The notes: generated by a model not told the origin, from the sequence alone. Shown: positions 1-13,427, numbered from the stretch's first letter. The stretch: DNA of 64,000 nt from Octopus sinensis (GCF_006345805.1 NC_042997.1:192572001-192636000), one strand, 5' to 3'. Program-made: numbers and translations.

Positions 1-47
1 TTTTTCCCCAGTGTCACTTTGATGACATGCACTGCTCTCTCACTCAA
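1..47 (+). mobile_element. 3' end of a TAA-associated non-autonomous repeat (same family as 53137-53660)
   Basis: cagtgtcactttgatgacatgcactgctctctcactcaa+(TAA)n matches tagtgtcactataatggcatacactgctctctcactcaa at ~53622-53660. Confidence 0.75.
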
Positions 48-133
48 TAATAATAATAATAATAATAATTATGATGATGATGATGATGATGATGATGATA
101 ATAATAATAATAACAACAATAATAATAATAATA

Positions 134-168
<35 letters not shown>

Positions 169-212
169 AATAATAATAATAACAATAACAACAATAATAA
201 TAATAATAATAA

Positions 213-263
<51 letters not shown>
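46..263. repeat. (TAA)n/(GAT)n/(CAA)n trinucleotide microsatellite
   Basis: Direct reading. Confidence 0.95.
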
Positions 264-265
<2 letters not shown>

Positions 266-1551
266 ATCGAAAATACGCAAGCTGCTGAGTTGTAATAGGA
301 TGCACCACCCAAAGGCAGACGTAGATCGCCTTTACCTTCCCAGAGCCCAAGGAGGTCGAGGCCTGATCCAATTTGAACTAGCTTACAAAACAACCACAAT
401 TGGACTGGCCAAATATCTCGAAATATCGAATGACTGGATGCTAAAGCTCGTGGAAAATCACGAGAGACGAAAGAAGCTTCATTCTATCATAAAGGAAAGC
501 AAAAAATTTGCTATTGATCTCGTGCAAGATACCCAAACTGAACAACCCAAGGAAAGTACGGCAACTATTGTTGCAAAGAAGGTGAAAATGATGGCAACGA
601 AAAAAGCGCACGAGCAATTGGCTGATAGGTGGGAGGAGAAACCTCTGCACGGCAAATATGTGACCCGCAGCAAACAAGCTGATGTTGACCAGAAGCAAAC
701 CCATCAGTGGCTACGGAGCTCAGGGCTAAAAGCAGAGAGCGAAGGTTTCATCCTGGCTGCTCAAGATCAAAGCCTATTAACCCGGAACTACCAGGCCAAT
801 GTGATGAAAAATGGAGCAGACCCAAAATGCCGATTCTGCAACGACATGATTGAAACAGTGGACCACCTAATCTCTGGATGTAAAGTCTTAGCACCAGTGG
901 AGTATAAATTAAGACATGACAGAGTTGGCCAATATCTCCACTGGCTAATAAGTCGGCATTACAATATCAAAACTGCCGACAAGTGGTATAATCACCACCC
1001 TGAGGCTGTAACTGAAGGAGAAAATGTAACCATTCTGTGGGACTTTCCAGTACATACAGACCGAGCCATCAAGGCCAATAAACCAGATATTGTTGTGAAA
1101 GACCAAAACAATAAAGTTTGCTTATTGATCGACATGAGCATCCCCTGTGATCATAATATATCAGCGAAAGAGTTTGACAAGCTCAGAAAATATAAAGACC
1201 TACTCATTGAAATTGAGAAAATGTGGCATCTCAAGGCGGTTACAATACCAGTGATCGTAGGAGCACTAGGAATGATCAAGAAGGGAACCGAAAATTATAT
1301 GAGAATGATCCCTGGCTTACCATCCCTGCAAGAAGTGCAAAAGATTGTCTTAACTGGTACATCACACGTATTGAGAAGAGCATTGTCGATGTGAGAACTG
1401 TTGCTGCTCATGTATTTTAATTTAACTTAAAAAAAAATTAAAAAAATGAACGAACTATTGAGTTTGGTTTAATGGTCTACCAATGTATACTATGAGTTTC
1501 TTTGCCCTAGGAGTCGGGAAGACACTCGGCAAGAAATGGAAGAAAAAAAAG
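264..1551 (+). mobile_element. 5'-truncated non-LTR retrotransposon, R4/Dong-like (RLE endonuclease); intact C-terminal ORF 300-1394 plus 3' UTR
   Basis: ORF shows HPKADVDRLY, CCHC knuckle CRFC-x8-H-x4-C, RHD, PDIVV..LIDMSIP..KY restriction-like endonuclease motifs and terminal LQKIVLTGTSHVLRRAL. Flanked by (TAA)n on both sides (to ~263 and from 1552). Confidence 0.9.
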
Positions 1552-1606
1552 TAATAATAATAATAATAATGATAATAATAATGATGATGATGATGATGAT
1601 GATAAC

Positions 1607-2075
<469 letters not shown>

Positions 2076-2082
2076 ATGTCTT

Positions 2083-2138
<56 letters not shown>

Positions 2139-2159
2139 CAACAACATTGGTGCAAGGTG

Positions 2160-2871
2160 AGCAATTTTGGGGGAGGGGATAAATCGATTATGTCAACCCC
2201 AGTGTACAAATGGTCCTCACTTTATCGACCCCGAGAGGAACTGAATAATTGACAAAGGATAATGATTTCCGATAAATGCTGTGGGGCGGGGTGGGGGCGG
2301 GTACTAATTGAATGAATCGATCTCAGTATTGGATAAGAAAATAAGAAATACCTATTTCTTTACTACCCACAAGGGACTACACACAGTGGGAGGGGGGGCA
2401 AACAAGGACAGACAGACGGATTAAGTCGATTATATCAACCCCCAGTGCGTAACTGGTACTTATTTAATCGACCCCGAAAGGATGAAAGGCAAAGTTGATC
2501 TCGGCGGAATTTGAACACAGAACGTAAAGACAGACGAAATACCTATTTCTTTACTACCCACAAGGGGCTAAATACAGAGAGGACAAACAAGGACAGACAT
2601 ACGGATTAAGTCGATTATATCGACTCCAGTGCGTAACTGGTACTTATTTAATCGATCCCGAAAGGATGAAAGGCAAAGTTGGCCTCGGCGGAATTTGAAC
2701 ACAGAACGTAAATACAGACGAAATACCTATTTCTTTACTACCCACAAGGGGCTAAATACAGAGAGGACACTGCATCTTTTAAGGCCCTCATGCTTTCCGA
2801 AATCCACCGAAACTACACCTGATTATATATACACTTTAGATGAGTTGTAGTGCACCTGAGCACTGTACACG

Positions 2872-2963
<92 letters not shown>

Positions 2964-3075
2964 GGACAAACAAGACGAAGTTGATCTCGGCAAAGTTGAT
3001 CTCGGCGGAATTTGAACTCAGAACGTAAAGACAGACGAAATACGGCTACGCATTTCGCCCGGCGTGCTAACCTTA
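2160..3075 (-). mobile_element. Cluster of partial tRNA-derived SINE family B copies; others at ~9090-9470, 12380-12590, 13810-14290, 43310-43515, 50510-50940, 52620-52900, 54270-54500, 54865-55050, 56455-56688
   Basis: Shared core GAGTTCAAATTCCGCCGAGGTCGACTTTGCCTTTCATCCTTTCGGGGTCGAT and head AAGGCGGCGAGCTGGCAGA. Confidence 0.85.
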
Positions 3076-3095
3076 AAATAAGAAATACTGCTTAC

Positions 3096-3245
3096 CTTTG
3101 TTTGGCCGTAGTCACCACGGTAACCGTTTTTTGACAAAAGGTCTACAATTTCTTTGAAGCGTAATGTCCCGTTTTTGTCTTTATCTGCTTCATCGAAATC
3201 CACATTGAATTCCTTTAGTTTCCCCACTGTCCATTCGCTTGCCAT
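3096..3245 (-). CDS. First coding exon of a small EF-hand calcium-binding protein (MASEW...GQTK); exon 3096-3319; downstream exons probably off the left edge
   Basis: Canonical 12-residue EF loop DKDKNGTLRFKE. Phase-0 donor AAG|GTAAGC at 3095, acceptor TTAACAATTAG at 3320, ATG in gcaATGG context. The frame is also open upstream, so an internal-exon reading is possible. Confidence 0.75.
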
Positions 3246-3414
3246 TGCTTGCTGTTTAGGAATCTTCTTTGCACCGGTAACAGCAGAAGAACTTGCTTGC
3301 TTTGGTGGTAAGAATAACACTAATTGTTAAGACAATTTATATCGGTAATGAGGTGCTGTGCTGAAGAATTTAGCGGATAGGTGTATAAATATAGAACAAC
3401 TGCATATAAGTGAG

Positions 3415-3990
3415 GGTGTGTGTGTGCGTCCGTATGTGTGCGTGTGTGTGCGTGTGCATGCGTGTATATGTGTGTGTGTGTGCGTATGTATAAATGTACG
3501 TGCGTATGTATGTGCACACGTATGTGTGTGTGTGTGTGTTTGTATGTTTGTGTGTTTGTGAGTTTAAGTGTGTATGTGTACGTGTGTATGCGCGTATGCG
3601 CGTAAGCGAGTGTACTTGGAGAGAAGGGAGAGGGTGAGAGAGTGAGAGAGAGTGAAAGAGGCAGTGAGAGAGGGAGAGAGAGAGGGAGAGGGGAGGGAGA
3701 GAGAGAGTGAAAGAGACAGTGAGAGAGGGAGAGATGGGGGAAGGAGAGACAGTGAGAGAGGGAGGGAGAGAGGGGAGGGAGGGAGAGATAGTTAGATAGG
3801 GAGAGAGAGAGAAGGGAGGGAGGGAGAGACAGTGAGAGAGGGAGAGAGAGAGGGGGAGGGAGGGAGAGACAGTTAGATAGGGAGAGAGAGAGAAGGGAGG
3901 GAGAGAGAGACAGTGAGAGAGAGGGGGAGAGACAGTGAGAGAGGGAGAGAGAGAGAAACAAAGATAAACAGAGAAAGAGGGGTGAGAAAT
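3415..3990. repeat. (TG)n-rich tract followed by purine-rich (GA/GGGA) degenerate minisatellite
   Basis: Direct reading. Confidence 0.9.
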
Positions 3991-4414
3991 AAAATAGAGA
4001 GGAAGCTTGATCAAACAAACACCTCCCCCCCCATCTTTCGCTCTAATTTACCGAAAACTTTGGTGTCGAAACAACAGTCAGCTGCTGGTAGTAACGGTAA
4101 CTTCTCCCTCACCTGGCCACTAAACTTACTAACTCTACGAGAGAGACGGTGAGAGAATGTTGCACATCAGGCGATGCTACCATATAAGTTCAACCGCCAT
4201 CTAACTCTGTTTTTTTTTTTTTTTTGGGTACTAATCTCTCATATGTCTGCTCTGTCTATTTAAACACACTTTACACTCTATCTTATCCTCATGATAATAA
4301 TAATAATAAAAATAATTATGTATATCTTCATAATTTCTCGGGATGGGTTTTATATTTTTTTCAAAATCCACCTAAATAATAGACTCTAGAAAGTCGACAC
4401 TCTTGGCAAAATAC

Positions 4415-4846
4415 GGATCTTTTCGGTTTGAACGGCAGTTTTTAACATAATTTCTAGGTAGCTAAAAAATTTTAAACTTCGTATACTGGTAGAATGTGTT
4501 TATTATACATCTTTTTCTCTTGGTTTTATTGAGAAAATTCTATAGTTTGTAAGATATTTGTTGTTTTTTTCTTCAATTTCTGCAATTTCAACCAATCAGT
4601 TACGTCTATTGAGTTAAAAAAAAACATTCTGTGCCGTATGAATATGTCCCTCGTTTAAGAAACAGATTGGGTTTATTTACATTTGTGAAGAAAAAAGATA
4701 CCCTTCCCCCACCCTAACCCTAACCCTAACTAACCCTAACCCTAAAAGAGATTGAAATGCAATAGATCGATTCTAGGGTCATAATTATGGGTGACAATTT
4801 CATATGACACCGCTAGAAAAAACTGCCGTTCAAACCGAAAAGATCC
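4415..4846. mobile_element. MITE copy 1 (~430 bp) with TIR GGATCTTTTCGGTTTGAACGGCAGTTTTT and internal (CCCTAA)n
   Basis: TIRs at both ends; flanks caaaatac/caaaactt form a degenerate 8-bp TSD. Confidence 0.85.
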
Positions 4847-5329
4847 CAAAACTTTCCTGTCTAAGCTATAGATTATCGTCTGTTGTGACTTTGGGCAACA
4901 GACTGTCAATGAGTTTATGAGTTTGAATTAGTTTGTGTGTGACAAAAGGAATCAGTCATTTTAAGATTGATCTTTGGTCTGAAAGAAAAGAATTTTATTT
5001 CGTTTTTGGATCTGGTTTGCAAGATTCTTTATATGAGTTCGTGTGTTGAAGCATATTCTGTTGTGTCTGGGGAGAGTCATTTTCTTTTTGTGCCTTATAA
5101 TGTGACACACTCACCGGTAAAATTTCCACTTATTTATTGTTTTTATTTTCCTAAAACCTTTTCAGTCAAGACTTTTGAAAAGATTGCGAGACGCAAAGAA
5201 CATTTTAGGAAAATAAAAATAAGAAATAAGGGGAAATTTCACCGGGGAGTGTGTCACATTATAAGGCACAAAAAGAAAATGACTCTCCCCAGATACAACA
5301 AAACAATTTTAAACAGTCAAAAAGAAGGT

Positions 5330-6636
5330 CATTCCATCCATCCATCCATCCATCTGTCTATCCGTCCGTCCGTCCATCCATCCATCCATCCATCCATCCA
5401 TCCATCCATCCATCCATCGGTCCGTTCATCCGCCTATCCGTCCGTCCGTCCATCCATCCATCCATCCATCCATCCATCGGTCCGTTCATCCGCCTATCCG
5501 TCCGTCCGTTCATCCATCCATCCATCCATCCATCCATCCATCCATCCATCCATCCATCGGTCCGTTCATCCGCCTATCCATCCATCCATCCATCCATCCA
5601 TCCATCATCCATCCATCCATCGGTCCGTTCATCCGCTATCCGTCCGTCCGTCCATCCATCCATCCATCCAACCATCCATCCATCCATCCATCCATCGGTC
5701 CATTCATCCGCCTATCCGTCCGTCCGTCCATCCATCCATCCATCGGTCCGTTCATCCGCCTATCCGTCCGTCCGTCCATCCATCCATCCATCCATCCATC
5801 CATCCATCCATCCATCGGTCCGTTCATCCGCCTATCCGTCCATCCATCCATCCATCCATCGGTCCGTTCATCCGCCTATCCGTCCGTCCGTCCGTCCATC
5901 CATCCATCCATCCATCCATCGGTCCGTTCATCCGCCTATCCGTCCGTCCATCCATCCATCGGTCCGTTCATCCGCTATCCGTCCGTCCGTCATCCATCCA
6001 TCCATCCATCCATCCATCCATCCATCCATCCATCGGTCCGTTCATCGCCTATCCGTCCGTCCGTCCATCCATCCATCCATCCATCCATCCATCGGTCCGT
6101 TCATCCGCCTATCCGTCCGTCCGTTCATCCATCCATCCATCCATCCATCCATCCATCCATCGGTCCGTTCATCCGCCTATCCATCCATCCATCCATCCAT
6201 CCATCCATCCATCCATCCATCGGTCCGTTCATCCGCCTATCCATCCATCCATCCATCCATCCAACCATCCATCCATCCATCCATCGGTCCGTTCATCCGC
6301 CTATCCGTCCGTCCGTCCATCCATCCATCCATCCAACCATCCATCCATCCATCCATCGGTCCATTCATCCGCCTATCCGTCCGTCCGTCCATCCATCCAT
6401 CCATCCATCCATCCATCCATCCATCCATCCATCGGTCCGTTCATCCGCCTATCCGTCCGTCCGTCCATCCATCCATCCATCCATCCATCCATCCATCCAT
6501 CGGTCCGTTCATCCGCCTATCCGTCCATCCATCCATCCATCCATCGGTCCGTTCATCCGCCTATCCGTCCGTCCGTCCATCCATCCATCGGTCCGTTCAT
6601 CCGCCTATCCGTCCATTCATCCATCCATCCATCCAT

Positions 6637-6672
<36 letters not shown>

Positions 6673-6783
6673 TCAGCCATCCGTCCATTCATCTATCCAT
6701 CTATCCCTCCCTCCCTCCCTCTACCCATCCAACCATCCAGCCAGCCATCCAGCCAGCCATCCAGTCAGTCAGCCAGCCATCCA

Positions 6784-6820
<37 letters not shown>

Positions 6821-6870
6821 TCAGTCAGTCAGCCACTCAGTCAGCCAGCCAGCCAGCCAACTAGCCAGCC
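5330..6870. repeat. (CCAT)n-based minisatellite with higher-order unit CCATCGGTCCGTTCATCCGCCTATCCGT(CCGT)m(CCAT)n, grading into (CCAG)n
   Basis: Unit recurs more than 20 times with variable CCAT counts. Confidence 0.95.
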
Positions 6871-6949
6871 ATTTCCTTCGCTCACTGGCCGTGGGGGTAG
6901 AGTTCTCAGACCCCCCTCCTCCGTGATGTCCAGTCAGAAGCAACCGTGA

Positions 6950-7190
6950 TTACACTTTCCGGCTGGGTATCCCAAGCACGACCAGCTGAATCTATGGATA
7001 TTATCCAACCATCGCGTTCTTGATCTACCCTTCGGACACCTGACGGTTGGCTTGGCTTCAAGAAAATCCATCTTGTGATTCTTTCCTGCGACATTCTAAT
7101 CATTCCCACAAAATGGACGGCCCTTAACCAACGTTGCAACTCTTGCAGAACCATCATCTGAGCTGAGATGGATGCCTCCATGTGCTGTAA
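6950..7190 (-). pseudogene. Degenerate RTE-like LINE C-terminal fragment
   Basis: QRWLRAVHFVGMIRMSQERITRWIFLKPSQPSGVRRVDQERDGW resembles the LRWxGHVxRM...GxR..GRP..RW motif. Confidence 0.5.
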
Positions 7191-7574
7191 AGCCTATAAT
7201 AGTAGCATCATTTTGATCCCCAGTGCTGGATTAACCATTAAGCAAAATAAGTATGTGCCTAAGGCATCAAGGGACGGGGGCACCACAGAAATGAAAATGG
7301 TTTACGGCACAAAAGAAATCACTTTAAACTTGCTAAAATAATATTCGTCATGGCTTATCTCTATTAAGTATAGATGCAGAAGTTTTACGTAAAATTAATT
7401 TTAACGATATCATAGAACACTTTGCAATTACAAAAAAAAACGAAGAAAATTTTTCAAATATAAATAAAATTGAAGAGTACAAAAATAAACATTATTTTCC
7501 ATCTTACTGTTAATTTTGTTTCATTTTGAAAAATAAAAATTAATTTTATGTTTTATTATTATTTTTTTTTGTTT

Positions 7575-7860
7575 CTTCTCGAGCCATGCCTGGCTCATAA
7601 GGGCCGGTTTCCCGGTTTCCTTGACGTATAGGTTCCCCAACAGGACGGGACGCCGATCCGTCGCAGGTGAGCTGCAAGATGCAGGAGGAAAGAGTGAGAG
7701 AACGTTGTGGCGAAAGAGTCAGAGCAGAAGTTCACCATTACCTTCTGTCGGAGCCTCGGTGTTTCGCTCATAAACACACACATCGCCCGGTCTGAGATTC
7801 AAACCCACGATCCCTCGACCGCGAGTCCACTGCTGTAACCACTAGGCCATATGCCTCCAC
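7575..7860 (-). mobile_element. tRNA-derived SINE family C; related copies at ~11630-11848, 12635-12925, 14355-14600, 55665-56045(+), 58320-58430(+); family D variant at 10325-10716
   Basis: Head GTGGAGGC(A/G)CATGGCCTAGTGGTTA...GGTTCGAAT-like with A/B boxes; shared bodies. Confidence 0.8.
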
Positions 7861-8289
7861 TTATTATTGTTTACATTTTGAATAATTTTTGTTTACATTT
7901 GAACCATTTACATATACTTGAGAGCACTAAAACCTTTTAAGTGCTTAGGGCCTCTATGAGCCTTAATCCGGCCCTGTTGATCCCGCACCAAAAGGTTCCC
8001 TACTACTTTTCCTGAACCACTCTTTTCTCCCCCTCTCACTTATGAAGCGTCCGTGTCCACTACTTTTCGTAGAAAAAGCCTCCATTTGCACCAGTTCCAC
8101 ATTGCCTCAAAAATATGTGTGAAAGTACTTCTGGCTGCTTAGAACTGACAAGGATGTCTGCCAAAACAATATCTCTCCAAATACACTCAAATGCTCTACA
8201 GCTAGTGCCTATATTTACCAAACTCATCAATTTCTCTCTCTTTTTCTCTCTCTGTCTATCTCTCCCTCCCTTACTTCCTCACTTCCTCC

Positions 8290-9110
8290 TGGGATGTATC
8301 CCAATCATTAGAAACGCTGCAGTATATCCTTTTCCAAAGAAGGGCAATCCCTCTTAACCTACCAGCCATCGTTCTATCGTACTCTCTTCCAATTTGTCAA
8401 AGGTGATGAAGACAGCTGCTAACAACCAGCTTACATCAACACTTTGCATCTCCCCCCTCTCTCGCGGCCTTAATAATAACCACCAATACGGCTTTCGTAA
8501 AGCCCGATCTAATGGAAAAAATATTTTCATACGTTATTATTCACTAATGGTCTCTCGTCTTCGAGTAGCCGTAGAAAAACAAGGCTGTTGATCTTAACAT
8601 AGCAAACAACTCTACCTTGTCTGATATGGTCGCCTATGAGTTCCATCCATCTCTCGTCTCTTCCTGTTAGACTGCATAATCACAGTATGTACCGACGAAG
8701 CTCTCTCCTTATCTCTCCCTATCTCCTTCTGTCTGTCTCCCCCCTCTCTCTCTCTCTCTCTTTCCCTCTGATACACATTCTGTTGTCAGTTCTGATGTAT
8801 CCAAGATTCAGTTTTGTCTTCCCACAATCTTCCTCCTATATATCAACGATTTACTTACTGCCATCTCTAGCAGCGTCCACACAAACGCAAATAAGACCAC
8901 CTTCTGTTCCCCACCACCGACCACCAACTGCCGAATTTGCTCTGCTTCCATGAATAGGGGCCTCGAAGACACCCTGCATTGGGTCCATATTCATCTTACC
9001 TTCTTCAACAACAGAAAGCAATGACCACACGTCAAGAAAATGTTGTTGCACCTGTCCTTACCTTAAATTGGTGAAATACGCAACATGAACTCTAACAAAT
9101 TCTCGTATTT
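8290..9110 (+). pseudogene. Degenerate CR1/L2/Jockey-type reverse transcriptase fragments
   Basis: PFPKKGNPS..., HQYGFRKARS and LFLLYINDL-like motifs in broken frames. Confidence 0.6.
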
Positions 9111-9886
9111 CGTCTGTCTTTAGGTTCTGAGTTCAAATTCCGCCGAGGTCGACTTTACCTCTCATCCTTTCGGGGTCGATAAATTAAGTACCAGTTACGC
9201 ACTGAGGTCCATGTAATAGACTTAATCCCTTCGTCTGTCCTTCTATGTCCCCTCTATGTTTAACCCCTTGTGGGCAATAAAGAAATAAGAAACGTTAGCA
9301 CGCCGGGGGAAATGCATTTCTTTACGTTCTGAGTTCAAATTCTGCCGAGGTCGACTTTGCCTTTCATCCTTTCAGGGTCGATAAATTAAATACCAGTTGC
9401 GTAATGGGCTCGATTTAATCCACTGCCCCTCCCCCTCCCCCAAATTTCGGGCCTTATGCCTAGAGAAGAAAAGAATTTTTAAAATTACATATATATATAG
9501 GGGCACCAAAATCTTAAGTGTTTAAGGCCACTGTGGGTCTTAATATGGCCCTAAAGCTAACGAAGATGTACATGCTTGGCTGATGCCATGTAACAAGGGA
9601 GAAACATGTTCGTTGCGTTCAGCACTTGATTTTAAAGACAAGATATATTCCTAACCACATTAGTTCTATTTTCTAAAAATTTGTATTACTTAATATCATT
9701 ACTGTCATTTCCTTTGTTTGCCTCTGAGGCATATTTAAAGTGGTGAGTGAGAACCAGTCGATTATATCGATCTTCAGTTGGCATGTCGATTAAATCGAGG
9801 TTCATAAAAAAAGCACACCTTAAGAGTTACTTATTTATTATCAATCACGTGAGCTCGAAAGGCAATGCCGATTTCGATGAGAATTG

Positions 9887-10302
9887 GGATCTTTTCGGTT
9901 TGACCGGCAGTTTTTAAAAATAATTTCCACGTAACTAAACACTCTTAAACTTCGTATACTGGTAAAATGTGTTTATAAAACATCTTTTTCTCTTGGCTTT
10001 ATTGAGAAAATTCTATAGTTTGTAAGATATTTGTTGTTTTTGTCTTCAATTTCTGCAATTTCAACCCATCAATGACGTCTATTGAGGTAAACAACATTCT
10101 GTGCCGTATGAATATGTCCCTCGTTTAAGAAACAGATTGGGTTTTTTTACATTTCTGAAAAAAAAAAGATACCCTTCCCCCCACCCCTAACCGTAACCCT
10201 AAAACAGATTGAAATGCAATAGATCGATTCTAGGGTCATAATTATGGGTGACAATTTCATATTACACCGCAAGAAAAACTGCCGATCAAACCGAAAAGAT
10301 CC
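9887..10302. mobile_element. MITE copy 2
   Basis: Same TIR and body; perfect 8-bp TSD gagaattg (9879-9886, 10303-10310). Confidence 0.9.
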
Positions 10303-11845
10303 GAGAATTGAACTCAAAACATATTTTTTTTTTAAGCACTCCGTCGGTTACGACGACGAGGGTTCCGGTTGATCCGAATCAACGGAACAGCCTGCTCGTG
10401 AAATTAACGTGCATGTGGCTGAGCACTCCACAGACACGTGTACCCTTAACGTAGTTCTCGGGGATATTCAGCGTGACACAGAGAGTGACAAGGCCGGCCC
10501 TTTGAAATACAGGTACAACAGAAACAGGAAGTAAGAGTGAGAGAAAGTTGTGGTGAAAGAGTACAGCAGGGATCACCACCATCCCCTGCCGGAGCCTCGT
10601 GGAGCTTTTAGGTGTTTTCGCTCAATAAACACTCACAACGCCCGGTCTGGGAATCGAAACCGCGATCCTATGACCGCGAGTCCGCTGCCCTAACCACTGG
10701 GCCATTGCGCCTCCACTCAAAACATATTGACACTACTAATAACGGCATAGAGTGTCTTTGGATGCTCAACCGATTCTGTCAACCCAACTTCCTTCTCTAC
10801 GCGGATAATATATTCGATTTGTAATGTCTACATGCATCTTCCTGTTTGTCTTGCACTTCCCGCTCTCTCGTTCCCTCCCTCACACCTTCTTTCTTTCCAT
10901 CCCTCTCGTTCTCTCCCTCCCTCTCTTTCCCCCTCCTTTTCTCTTCCTCTCGTCCATTAATGACTAACTAAACTACAACAGATGTTGAGCTCTTGGATTA
11001 AAAATAACCTGCTGTTTACTTTGTTATGTGGGTGTAGGAAAACAATCTATTTATATCACTTAGAGATATCTAAATATTAAACATATTCCACCCATAAAAT
11101 GTTGTGAAAATATAACATAATATAATCTCTCTATATATAAAGCTGAAGTTGTCTGTGTATGGCAGGTTTGGTAGCCTTCAACTAACACTATCTCCTCCGA
11201 GACCCTGCGGCGCAAGTTGACCAAAATTGAGAGTATGATAGAAGAAGGCTTGCTCTTCCTTCCGTAGAAGACAAAATTCAAATCGGACCATGTTAACACC
11301 AAAAATTATTTACATCAAAAAGGTGCTTTTTTTTTCTATGAAAATCCCTATTTTTTACGAGTTTTTGACTGCTGTGTCGCCATTTTTCGGTGTATTTCAA
11401 CCAGAAAAATGTTCACTTATACATATGTATACGACGGGCTTCTTTCAGTTTCCGTCTGCCAAATCCACTCACAAGGCTTTGGTTGGCCCGAGGCTATAGT
11501 TGAAGACACCTGCCCAAAGTGCCACGCGGTGGGACTGAACCCGGAACCATGTGATTGGCAAGCAAGCTACTTACCACACAGCCACTCCTGCGCCTATATA
11601 TTATATATTTATATTAGAACATTGCACATGTACCCTTAATGTATTTCGGGGAGGGGGGGTTAGCGTGACACAGAGTGTGACAAGGCTGGCCGTTTGAAAT
11701 ACAGGTACTACTCATTTTTGCTAGCTGAATGGACAAGAGCAAGGGAAAATAAAGTGTCTTGCTCAAGGACACAACGCGTCGTCGGGAATTGAACTCAGGA
11801 CCATACGATCATGAGCCGAATGACCTAGCCACTAAGCCACGCGCC

Positions 11846-11891
<46 letters not shown>

Positions 11892-12979
11892 TGTGTGTAT
11901 ACATACACAAATACATGCACACATGAATGAGTGCATAGACACATGTATGCATGTATGCGTGTGCAAAACAGTAATGTAGGTCTCTGAGCAACATAGAATA
12001 TATAGAGAAAAAAAACTATCCTAATTTTAAACCAATGAAAGAAATACGTAATGTATATCAGCTTGACTTGCTCGAAATAGCAACTAAACTTCATTGAAAT
12101 CACACCCAAACGCCTTTAAAATAACGGAAATGCACATTAGATAACGCGGTCCCAGGAGCATTACGTCTGCAAATAAAATCGAGCAAGTTGGTCACGCTTG
12201 GAATATCTTTTTCTATATGTCTGCTCGATCATTACTGAACGACAACGACACCAAAAACCAACGACTCCTGCAAAGCTATCATTTTACGATTTTGGTTTGT
12301 TAAAGCTGACATATTGAATAAATTTATCTGAATCTGCAATATTTCGAGTTCTCCATTTTACTGCTTATTTTCACTTTAAAGCGGTGAGCTGGCAGAGTCA
12401 TTACTGCACCAGACAAAACTCGTTCGGTATTTCTTCCGTCTTTATACATTCTGAGTTCAAACGCTGCTGACGTCGAATTTACCTTTCATTCTTTCGGGGG
12501 CGATAAAATAAGTAGCAGTCAAGTATTGAAGTCAATATTATCGACTTGCTTCTCCCCTCAAATTTCAGGCCTTCTACCTATACCAGAACGAATGATTTAA
12601 CCCTCTAGCATTCAGATTACTCTTTCAAATGTTTGTTCCTTCTCGAGCCATGCCTGGCTCATCAGGGCCGGTTTCCCGGTTTCTTTGGCGTATAGGTTCC
12701 CCACCTGGACGGGACGCCGGTCCGTCGCAGGTGAGCTGCAAAATGCAGGAGAAAGAGTGAGAGAAAGTTGTGGCGAAAGAGTCAGCAGAAGTTCGACATC
12801 ACCTTCTGCCAGAGCCGCATGGAGCTTAGGTGTTTCGCTCGTAAACACACCCGGTCTGAGATTTGAACCCGCGATCCCTCGACCGCGAGTCCGCTGCTGT
12901 AACCACTAGGCCATGTGCCTCCACTCTTTCAAATGAAAAGCTTACTTATTCACATCGTTTTTAATCATTTACTATCTCG

Positions 12980-13427
12980 GGATCTTTTCTGTTTGAACGG
13001 CAGTTTTAACATAATTTCTAGGTAACTAGAAAATTTTAAACTTCGTATACTGGTAGAATGTGTTTATAAAACATCTTTTTCTCTTGGCATTATTGAGAAA
13101 ATTCTATAGTTTGTAAGATATTTGTTGTTTTTTTCTTCAATTTCTGCAATTTCAACCAATCACTGACGTCCATTGAGGTAAACAACATTCTGTACCGTAT
13201 GAATATGTCCCTCGTTTAAGAAACAGATTGGGTTTATTTACATTTGGGAAGAAAAAAAGATATTCTTCCCCCCACCCCTAACCCTAACCCTAACCCTAAC
13301 TAACCCTAATTAACCCTAACCCTAAAATGGATTGAAATGCAATAGATCGATACTAGGGTCATAATTATGGGTGACAAATTCATATGACACCGCTAGAAAA
13401 AAACTGCCGTTCAAACCGAAAAGATCC
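12980..13427. mobile_element. MITE copy 3
   Basis: Same TIR and body; perfect 8-bp TSD ctatctcg (12972-12979, 13428-13435). Confidence 0.9.

Noticed and set aside
4113-4200. Coding exon upstream of the EF-hand exon
   Set aside because: ATG-initiated frames stop early or splice out of frame with the EF-hand ORF; at most 5' UTR.
5400-6620. Repeat-spacer look of the CCAT array (CRISPR-like)
   Set aside because: The spacers are just variable CCAT runs; eukaryotic context and no cas genes.
4967-6949. 660-aa and 537-aa His/Pro/Ser-rich ORFs
   Set aside because: Translation of a CCAT satellite that lacks stop codons; no splice or domain evidence.
13276-13325. (CCCTAA)n as a true telomere or fusion scar
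   Set aside because: Short and contained within MITE copies bounded by TIRs and TSDs.
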